Positions 16,805 through 28,800 of a stretch of 64,000 nucleotides of DNA are shown piece after piece; position 1 is the stretch's first letter, and every line of letters starts with the position of its first letter. The stretch lies in IMG/VR virus record IMGVR_UViG_3300027668_000008, positions 242,715 to 306,714 of that record; one strand, 5' to 3'. A program made the translations under genes and the position numbers. Below the pieces are notes generated by a model, which was not told the origin of the DNA, did not search any database, and was given only the letters and a program-made list of their open reading frames with translations.

Positions 16805-19800
16805 TGGCAAAACGTAAAACCTCAACCTTTCTCCCCAAGTGGCTACAAACAGATAAGAACAAAAAGTTCTTACATTCAACACTTGACCAGTTACTTAATT
16901 CTAAGAGTTTAGAAAGAGTAGATGGTTATGTGGGTCGTCGCTTTGGACCAAGTTACAGTATTCAAGATCCTTACTTGTCCACTGTTGGTCAGTTTAGAAA
17001 TTCGTATCAGCTCGAACCAAGTATTGTATATAAAAATATAGATGGTGAAGTACAAACACTTATAACATATGATGACTTACTTAACGGCATTAAAGACAAT
17101 GGCGGAAGAAATACTAAACATAGTAGATTGTTCGAACAAGAGTATTATAATTGGGAAGGCTTTGTTGACTATGATAAGTTAATTAACTTTGGCGAGTACT
17201 ATTGGTTACCAGCAGGTCCTGGTACTGCTAACATTTCAGCAAGTGAAGTTCCAACAACACAAGACTTTACTGTAAAAAGTAATGCAACAAATTATACACT
17301 AACACCTACATACGGTGTTACAAAGAATCCAACTATCTATTTGGTACGTGGCGGTAGTTATACTTTTGCAGTTGACCAAACTAATCCTCTATGGATTCAA
17401 ACAGAATTAGGCACAACAGGCAAAAGTGCAATTAGTTTTAATAGAAGCACAAGAGATGTTTACGGAGTTACGAACAATGGTACTTCTGATGGAACAATTA
17501 CATTCTCTATACCACGCTCAACAGACCAGGAGTTTTTTACTAAAACAGTTACTAATGTTGCTAACGTTGACTTACGTTGTACAAAATACACATACGAAAG
17601 TTTAAATGGAGCAAGTGAAGAAACAGTTAGACTAGCAGGTGGAGTTGACGGGCAGTTATATATAGAAAACAAAACTATAATATTTAATGCACCTACTACA
17701 TCTTCAACTGCATGGCCCAGCACATACAGTGACGACGACAAGTTTCAAGTATTTAGAATACTTGTAAGTGGCGGAGTAATTAGTTTACAAGGTGTTACAA
17801 GTATTGCAACAAATAACAAAGTACAAGTACAAGAAGGTAGTTTGTATAGTACTATGGAATTCTACAGAACTAGTGACGGTACATCTTTAACACAAGTACC
17901 AGCCGTAACTGCACCATTAAGCACATTTTATTATGTAGATGCTAATGACAGTAGTAAGTATGGCGAGATTAAAATACTAGATGCAACTACAAAAATTATT
18001 GATGTTACTACTGACATCATTGGTAAAAAGAATTACACTGCACCAAACGGTGTTGTACTTACTAATGGTATGCACATACAAACTGACACAACAGTAAGTC
18101 CTGTAGCATATCAAAATACAAAATATATTGTCGACGGAGTTGGAGACGGTATTATTTTAATACCACAAACTGACCACGTTGCATACGAATTAAAAACAAG
18201 CACAACAAAAGATTATATCATTAGTGGTAGAGGCAGTGCTGATAAAAATGCTTGGGCAAGAAATAATAACTGGTATCATAAAGATGTTATTATGACTACT
18301 GCAAAGTACAATAAAGAAAATGCAGTAATTGATCAAAACAATAGAGCAAAACGTCCTATTATAGAATTCAAACGCAACCTAGCAATGTTTAATTCAGGAA
18401 ACACAAATGCAGGTGGAGTTGACTTAATTGATACAACTATTACTGACGCATTAAGCAATATTAATAACGGACCTACATTTAGTATTGACGGTACAACGGT
18501 AACTAACGGGATGAAAGTTATTTTTACTGCCGACACAGATGTAGAAGTTAGAAATAAAATTTACACAGTTGAGATTGTTGACTTTCAAGAAGACAGTATT
18601 AACGAAGTTAGACTAGTGCCAAGCACAACAAATATTATTAGTAATGACCAAGTTGTTGCTAAAAATGGTGTTACACGCAAAGGTAAAACTTACTGGTTCG
18701 ACGGTGACATATGGACTTTAGCACAACAAAAAACATTTGTCAACCAAGCACCACTATTTGATGTATTTGACAGCAACGGTAAAAGTTACGGAGCAAGTAC
18801 AACTTACAAATCTTCAAACTTTGTAGGTAGTAAATTATTTGCTTACGGTTTAGGTACAGGCTCAACACTTGACACTGAACTAGGCTTTGCACTAAAGTAT
18901 AAAAACTTTAGCAACATTGGTGACATTGTTTTTGATAACAATTATAGTACTGATACGTTTACACATACATTGACTACTGGAAGTGTATCTAAAGATGTAA
19001 GTACAGGATTTGCTAAACTTACTAACAGTAGTAAAACAGTGAGTTATATCGATGGATGGACAAAGGTATTAAATGCAAGTACACAATACCAAGTTATAAC
19101 ATACATTGCTAACGGCACTGCTAAACAATTTGAAATTGGCGTTGCTCCTAAAATAGGAACACTGCCTGGTAATATTGTTTTCACAGGTAGTACAGAAATT
19201 AAAACAGGTTGGGAATATAAATTAAAAGACGGTAGACACGTTATCGAGTTTACTACTGCTCCTACATTACAAACACAGTTAACACTTAAAGTATTATCCG
19301 ATGATGCAACAGAGTTTGGTTACTACGAAGTTCCAACTAATTTAAGTAACAATGCATTTAATAAAAACTTTACTGACATTACATTAGGACAAGTTCGTAA
19401 TCATGTTAGTGAAATTATTAAAACTGTTACTGACTTCACTGGTGTATATCCAGGAACAAGTAACCTAAGAGACGTGGGTAGTGTTGGCAAATTTGCAGGT
19501 AATATTTTGCACCACTCGAGTGGATTAGTACTTCCAGGATTGTTCCTACAAGAAGATCATTTAAATATTACTAGTGCAATTAAGTATTCGTCGAGTGAGT
19601 ACACAAAGTTTAAACAGAAATTTGCATCAGCGGCTGAGACATTAGACTTAGATTTTAGTGATATTCCAACAGATGTTGATAAAATTTTAGCAAGTATTAA
19701 TAATACAAAAAGTAGTGTGTTTGCATTTTACACCAGTGACATGGTTGGACACGGTACTAATAAAAAGAATTACACTTACACTGTAATTGATAACCGAATT

Positions 19801-22800
19801 AAAAGTTATCAAATGGGAACAATATTTAATCCAACGGCTAACACTAGTCGTTCGGTACTTGTTTACATTAATGGTGTACAAGCAGTACTAGGCAAAGACT
19901 ATACGTTCAACGCAACAAGACCTGCGATTGAAATGGTCAACGAGCCAGCACTGAACACAATAATTAAAATTGTTGACTACACAAGCACAGTTGGAAATTA
20001 TATTCCAACTACTCCAAGTAAGATGGGTATGTATCCTAAGTATGAACCAATTAAGTTCACAGACGGTACTTACGCAACTGACCAAGTTATGATACAAGGA
20101 CATGATGGTAGTTTAACAAAAGCATACGGCAATGTATTAGATGATGTTATTTTAGAACTTGAAAAAAGAATATACAATAATATTAAAGCAACATACAAGC
20201 CAGATGTATTTGACGTCAATTCAGTAGTACCTGGAAAATGGCGTGATACTGGATATTCAAGAACAGAGCACCAAGTGGTGTTAAGTAGACACTTTTTACA
20301 GTGGTCAATCAAAAATAGAATTGACTGGAGTACACATACTGGTTACGACAGAGGTAACGAGTTCACGTGGAACTACAACAAGATGGCAGACAAAATAACT
20401 AAAGAAATTTTGCCAGGCGGTTGGAGAAGCATTTATAAACATTATTACGACACAGATAGACCACATACTCATCCGTGGGAGATGTTGGGCATTACTGTTA
20501 AACCAACATGGTGGGAAACATTATACGGCCCTGCTCCTTACACAAGTGGCAATACTGTATTATGGGAAGACCTACGTGACGGTAAAATTTATAACCCAAC
20601 TACAAAAACATATACTGTAAACGCAACTTACAAAAGAGCAGATTTACTAGAAATGATTCCTGTTAGTGAGAACGGTGCTTTACTCAGCCCGTGGAAGTCA
20701 CTAGCAACAGGAAGTACAGTTTACGAATTAAACGACAAATGGGCAGTAGGTGATGGCGGATCGGCTCAGCAGGCTTGGGAAAAGTCGAGTGAGTATCCGT
20801 TTGCATTACAAATTTCCAATGCAGTAATGAGACCCGGTAAATGGTTCAGTTTAACATATGACACTGATGTTGTAAAAAGAACAACAATTACAAACAACAT
20901 TGTAAGTATTAATACTAACAAGCAATTACAACGAAGCGACTTTAAAACTCCTTTAGTAGACCGAGACATTGTTAATGGATACAGTTTTTATATTGCTAAC
21001 CACTTAATATTCTTAGGTGTTGCACCAAGTGTACTACAAGATGTTATAGCAAAGGTTGATATTAATTTAGCAGTAAAGTTAAGTGGATACACAGATAAGA
21101 AATTTTTAAAGATACTTGCAGAACAAGTTAGTCCAAATGCAGTTAGTGAAAACGTTATGATCCCAGACGAGGATTATGATTTAGTTGTTACTAAAACAAG
21201 TCCAATTATTAGTGCTCCTTATAGTGGTGTAATTGTACAATCAACTGATAATGGCTTTGCAATATACGGATACAATATGAATGATCCGGTGTTTAATGTT
21301 ATCCCAAGTAGACAATCTAAAAACATTAACATACACGAAGTTTTAACTGAACGCTTTATTGAATACAAAGACATCGAAGAGGAAGTACTAACTGTCCCAT
21401 ATGGAACAGAATTAAGTACACCACAACAAGTATTTGACTTCTTGGTAAGTTATGGCAGATACTTAACATCACAAGGTTATGACTTTGATAATAATAGTGA
21501 ACAATTGGCTAGTGGTGTTGAAGTTGCTAACTGGACAATGGCTGGTAAAGAATTTGGTTATTGGGCACAACAGCAATGGGGAACAGATGCAGTTATTACA
21601 TTAAGTCCTGGTGCAAACAGATTGACCTTTAACAGAGAAGATAGTATGGTTGACAGTTTAGTTAATCACTACAATGGCAAATCAGTAATGAACCAAAGTT
21701 TTGAAAACTTAACTATTGATAAGTTTAAAACAAAACGTGAAGATGGACAATTTGAACTTATACCCGAAGCAACAGTTGGTGGTATTTTCTTTGCTAATCT
21801 TAAAACAGTACAATACGAACACACACTTGTTCTTAACAACACTACTATCTTTAATGATGTTGTATACCAGCCAGAGCTTGGTAACAGACAAAACAGATTG
21901 AAACTAGTTGGTTGGAGAACAGGAGATTGGGACGGAAGTTTAACAGCACAAGGCTTTATTCTTAACCAAGGTAAAGTTGACCTTTGGATACAAAATACAG
22001 ATTACGCAAAAGGCGAAATCATTAAAAACAACGATAAGTTGTATACTGCAAGTGAAAGTCACACAAGTGGACTATTATTTGAATATGAAAAGTGGACACC
22101 TACTGATAGTTTCAAATTAGGATTACTTCCTAACTGGGACACCTTAGGCGGATCATTTGAAACATTCTATGATACTGACACAGTGAACTTAGAAGGTGAC
22201 CAAGACAGATTTGGCAAGAGTTTAATTGGATATCAAAGTAGAGATTATTTACAGAACCTTGGACTTGATGATACTTCACAAGTAAAATTCTATCAAGGTA
22301 TGATTAAAGAAAAAGGTACAAGCAATGCTATTAATAAATTGCTTCGTGCTAAACTAGACAACACTACTTCAGATATTAATATGTACGAAGAGTGGGCAGT
22401 GCGTGTTGGTGAATACGGTGGACTTGATATTAACAAGCGGGTTGAAATGAACCTTGTTGGTGACGACATCACAGGCAATCCAACAGTAGTACACACTGTT
22501 AACAGTATTGAAGATAAAATAGAAGGCGTTAAAAACTTATTAACAACCGAGTTTCACAAAGCACCTCCGGCTATCGAAAGTACTTGGGTACCCACAAATG
22601 ATGTTGTAGGTCTTCAAGGAGAAGTATTACCTTACACAGGTTATGCTAAAATAACTGATGCAGATGCTACGTTGTTTAATATTACACAGTACGCAAACTT
22701 AGACAGCAACTTAACTTCGATGAAGATTGGTTACCACTTATACGTTGCTAATGATGACAATTTAGATTGGAATTTCTATTATTTAGATATTACAAAAGAT

Positions 22801-25800
22801 GTTGTATTAACTGCACAAGCAAGTGACAACAACACAATACTTTGGACAACTAAAGAACACCACAGTGTGTTAAAAGATGATATACTTGTTATTAAAGGCA
22901 TGGGTAATGCAAACGGTGTACACAGAGTATTGAGAACAACGGGATTAAAAAGTTTTGAAACTAACGAAACAAAAGCAGATTTAGATGCAACTGGCGAAGT
23001 AAGTGTTTTAAAATTTAGAAGTATTAGATATGCAACAAGTACAGACTTGTTAGGATATACACCTGCTAATGGTTGGAAACTTAACGACAAAGTGTTTATT
23101 GATAAAATAAGCAATGCTGGTTGGAGCGTATTCCAAAAGTCAAACGAATTTAAAAATACTAGAAACTTAATACCAAATAACTATGCTTATGTAGATGGCA
23201 AGATGGGTACTAGTATTGCAGTTAACGAAACTAAAGCACTAGGTGTATTTGGATATCCAGACTACGGAACGTATGGTGCGTTTGTTGCCTACATACCAAA
23301 CACTGAAGGATCATTAGCAGAAGCAAAAGTAATTGCTCCTCCACAAGATAACAGGTTTGCAGGTTTTGGACACAGCATAGATATTATTAACGAAGACTTT
23401 GCAGTTGCAAGTAAAACAAGTGTAGGTTGTCCAGAAGGTAACATACACATTTACAACCAAGACGGTGCAACGTACAATGTAATTTTTGCATGGTCACCTC
23501 CGAGTATAACAGGTACTTCAGACTTAAACGTTAAGTTTAGTGATGATGGAAATACATTAGTTGCAGGTGCTCCGGGTATCAGTAAAGTCTATGTCTTTAA
23601 CAAAACAACTAATACAAGTGTACTTACAACCACAGATACATTTACAGGTGATAATAGTACAGTAGCATTTACAACAGCACTAGCACAAGATGACAGTGTT
23701 GTATCAGTTGCAGGTGTTGTAAAAATACAACACGAAGATTATACACTTGCAGGAACAACATTAACATTTGTTAATGCTCCGGCAACTGATGCAGAAATAC
23801 TTGTTAAGTCAGGTCCACAATGGACATTAAAAGCGACTATAACAGGAACAGCAAGTACAGAATTTGGATTTGCACTAGATGTTGATAATACTGGATCAAA
23901 CATCATTATTGGTGCTCCAGCAGAAAACACTACATATACAAACGAAGGTGCAGTATATGTTTACAGTAAATATTCAACGACAGGATATGCACAAACACAA
24001 AAGTTTACTACTACACTTGCTAACGTAGACGGACGTTACGGTGAAAGTGTTGCTTGTAGTAAAGACTTTACAAAACTATTTGCAGGTGCTCCGGGTTGTA
24101 ATAGATTCGAAAGAGCAAGTGGGCTAGTTACTAAACATGGACTCTTAAGCACCCCAACAAGCTCACACACTGGGCCCGAGCATACAACTACTACAACTGG
24201 GTCCATTAGTATAAACGGAACAACTGTTAATATTAGTGGTATTACAGTAGATGCTATTGCTACACAAATTACAAATGCAAACATTACAAACATTACTGCA
24301 TCTGCTACTTCTAATAGATTAACTATTAAAAGTTCAGACAAAGTTAATCAACTTATTATCGTTAATATATCAGGTAATGCATTTAGTGATGTAATTGGAG
24401 ATCAATTTGGATCAGTACAAAACATTGTACAAAATGCTAAAACTGATGGACAAGAGTTTGGTAAAACTATTGCTATTAATACAACCGGTACATTACTAGT
24501 TGTAGGTGCTCCTAAGAGTATGTACAATGCGACAATGTCGTTTGATACAACGGGTACAAACTTTGATAGTAGCAGTACATTATTTGAAGATGCTACAAGC
24601 AGAGGTGGTAACGTTTATTCTTACCAAGAATTAGATAGCAGTTACATACAAACACAGAAATTTACAAATAATAACATTGATGCTGATGACCAATTTGGTA
24701 CAGCAATACAAGTACTAGACTCAAACGATATCTTTATTGGTATGCCAAATGACGACAAGTCGGGCAGTGTTACTAACACAGGTAGAGTTGTAAACTATAG
24801 TTCTTCAGAAAACGTATTTACAATCCACGAGAAAGAAGATGCGTTAGTAGACACAACAAAAATTAATCGTGTGTTTAGTTACGATAAGATTAAAAACGAA
24901 GTTATTAATTACTACGATTGGATTGATCCTATTAAAGGAAAGATATCAGGAGTAGCAGATGAAAACATTGATTACAAAACATTATGGGATCCATCTACAT
25001 ACGCAAGTGAAAACGCAACAACTTGGGGACCGGATCAAGTAGGCAAAGTATGGTGGGATTTATCCACTGTCAAATATGTTTATGCAGAACAAGGTGACTG
25101 GGCATATAGAAGTGCGTTCTGGGGAAGTGTATTTCCTGGAAGTAGTATAGATGTTTACCAATGGATCGAAAGTGATAAACTACCAAGTGCATATGATGGC
25201 ACTGGGCGAGTATATAATACTGCATTGTACACAACTGTTTCTAAAATACAAGGAACAGTAGTTAAGAATAGATACTTCTATTGGGTTAAAGGTGTACTAG
25301 ATATAGCAGAAAACAAAACTAAAAGTATTAAAGATGTTACAGACATCTTAATAGACCCACAAACGTTTGGACTAAAGTATGTAGCATTCACAGGTAAATC
25401 TGATGTTGCATTATTTAACTTTGCTTCTGACATAAAGAATTCAGGAACAATTCTTGTCGTTGACTATGATAAAACTAAAAACGATAAAATCATTCATAAC
25501 GAATGGGTGTTGTTAAAAGAGAATGTTGCAGATGCAACTCTTCCTCAAAACTTTAAGAGGAAGTTACTAGATAGTTTAGTCGGTGCTGATAGTCAAGGCA
25601 ATGCCGTTCCTGATAACTCATTAAACGCAAGTGAAAAATATGGTATACAGTTTAGACCTAGACAAAGTTTATTCATTAACAGAATGGCGGCTTTAAAGGA
25701 ATTCTTAACAACTGTTAACACAGTAATGCAAAAACAAACTGTTGCATTAACTAGAGATATTAGCGACTTGTTATTAAAAGACCCAGAACCAAAACTGGCG

Positions 25801-28800
25801 ACTGGCGACTGGAATCAAAAAGTTGCAAATAATACAGAACTAGGATTTGTTCGTGTTAAAGAAAAACAAACAGGATATAAAGTATTAGTAAGCATAGATT
25901 CAACTGTACAAAACAGATGGGCTATCTACACTTTAAAAGCAGACAACACTTGGGTACTAGATAAGTTACAAGGCTATGACGTTAGTAACTACTGGACATA
26001 TAGTGATTGGTATGCAACTAATTTTAATGCAAAAACATACATTGATTACAGTGTTGCACTTAAAAAAGATTTAGTAGACATTGTTCCGCTTACCGGGCAG
26101 ACAGTCAAAATTGAAAATGGTGGTAACTGGGAGTTATTATACTGGAGCGGAACTGAATACACAACAGTGGGTATTAAGAATGCTACAATACAAATTAACG
26201 AAGGCATTTGGAATTACCAATCAACACGTTATGGTTTCTCAACAGAAGTTTATGACTTCCAACTATTTGACCAAGAGCCACAAATTGAAACTAGAAAAAT
26301 TGTTGAAACAATACTAAACAAAATATTAATTGGTGATCTATCTCTAGCGTCTAACCAAACAGTGTTTGCAATGATATACTTTATATTAGATGAACAACCT
26401 TTTGTAGATTGGTTATTTAAAACTTCGTTCATCGGAGTTAATCATAAGATTAGAGCACTTGATGCCTTGCCATACTATCGTAAAGATAACCAAACGTATG
26501 TTAGTGACTTCATTGCTGAAGCAAAGCCTTACAGAACAAAAATTAGAGAGTATATCTTAAACTATAACAATACTGATCCTTGGACAGGAGATGTAACTGA
26601 CTTTGATGTAAGTAGTCATTACGATACAGAACTTGGTTATTACAGGAAGCCAGATGGTAATGTAGAAGGAGATAGTGACAAGTTGTCTAAGGGATTTAAC
26701 AAGCCTTGGAACGATAATCACACACATGAGATTGGTAGTATATCAGTTAACAATGGCGGATCAGGATACAACTTTGTACCAACTGTAACTATTACAGGCG
26801 GCAGTGGGTCAGGTGCTAAAGCAACTGCAACTGTTGAAAGTGGTGTTATTACTGCTATTAATGTTACTAATCAAGGTACAGGATATATTACTACACCTAA
26901 TGTTAGTATTGCTACAAGCACAGGTACAACAGCAAGTGCATACGCACAATTACGAAATTTAAAAGCACGTTCGTTTGATACTACTGTAAAGTTTGATAGA
27001 CTTGCATATACATCAAACATTAAAGAATGGGTAGCAAATACGGCATTTACTTCCGGAGATAAGATTACATATCAAGGAGAAGCATATACAGTCAATGAAG
27101 ACTTTACAAGTAGTGCAACATTTACTAGTGACAGTTTAACTGTTATATTAGATGAAACGTTTGCAAACGCAATGGATAGAACTATTGCATTCTATATGCC
27201 TACTGACAAACAACCTGCAAAAGAATTAGAAAACATTTTCTACGGAATCGATTATCCGGGTAACAGAGTTTTAGGACCAGGCTTTAATTTAAATCCAGGA
27301 ATGGATAGAGCCGGATTTGACCAAGCACCGTTTGACAACTTTGAGATAGGTGCAGAAGGTATTCCAATGGTTAGTGGAGTTGCTGACAGTCATATTAGTA
27401 GCAGGTTCGGAGATTCGTTACTAGGTACACGACCAGAAGATATTGATATTGTAGGTGGTAAGTTTGTTGACCAATACAACTCACACGCACCAGAAGAATT
27501 TATACCAGGCAGAGTATTTGATAGTTTGGATATGGAAATTTATCAAACACCTACAAGTGAGTTTGGTGGCACTGATGGATTAAGTCCAAGAATAGATGTT
27601 ATTAAACATACAGCAGATGGCACAAAAACAAGATTTAGTTTCTTAACAAGTGATGGAAAACACAATGTAAACTTATTAGTGTATACGTCACAGACAGGTA
27701 AAGTACAACCAGACGAATATGCACTTGACTTTGCAACATTTGAAATTGTATTTACAAGTGCTCCAGCAAACGGAGACATCATTGATATCATTAGTATGGG
27801 TAACAGTGGTGAGAATATGATTTTAGATTATATACTAATAGGAGACGGTGTTGATGCAAAATACAATCTTCCAATTAGTGCCAGCATTGCTCAACAGGCA
27901 TTAGTACTAGTTAATGGTGTTAAAAAAGCAAATCAAATTAACAATGTTAACTTAAGAGCAGAATTAGAATTCACAGGCGGCTATAAGCCGGCAGTGGGTG
28001 ACCACATACATATATTTGTATTCAACTTAAACCCAAGTACAAGGATTGCTTATTCACATATAGGGCAAGAGATCTTTACTATGGATGGTAGTACTAGGAC
28101 ATTTACCCTAGCGAATGAGCCTTTATACGAAGGTCCTGTTGATGCTAAAATTTATGTAGAACTAGCAGAGGAACGTCTACGTCCTGCGGTATACACATAC
28201 GCAACTGGTGACGGGACAAAGACAAACTTTGCTTTAACAGAGAATGCAGATATTGACCACGCATCGATATCGCAATCAGATGTTACAGTGTTCAGTAATG
28301 GAGCGGGAGTCGTTAGCGGCTGGACGCTTGTAGATAATGCAGGTGTCAAGGAAGTACAATTTTCTGTCGCTCCATTAAGTGGTTACAAATTAGCATTTGG
28401 TGATACTACAAATGCAGAGTACACAGTGTCGAGTACACAGATTACATTAGCAAGTGGATTAACTATTACAAGTGGAATTAAATTAAACGTAACAACGTTT
28501 AGTAGCCATAATGTTTTAGACATGACATCACAAACGTTTAAAGGTGCAACTGCTTCAGCAGTAGTATTAGCAAGTGGTTATGATAGTTCACCATTTGATG
28601 GCTCTGTGGCATTTGATACACCAACTACACAAATTATTAATACACCAACATATACATTATATAGAACACCTACAAATGCAAACTATCTGTGGGTTAGTAA
28701 AAATGGAATACGTTTAAGTGTAGGGCAAGACTTTGAAATTGAAAACGGACAACTTAAATTAATTGCAACGATTGCCGAAACAGATATTATTGTAATATCA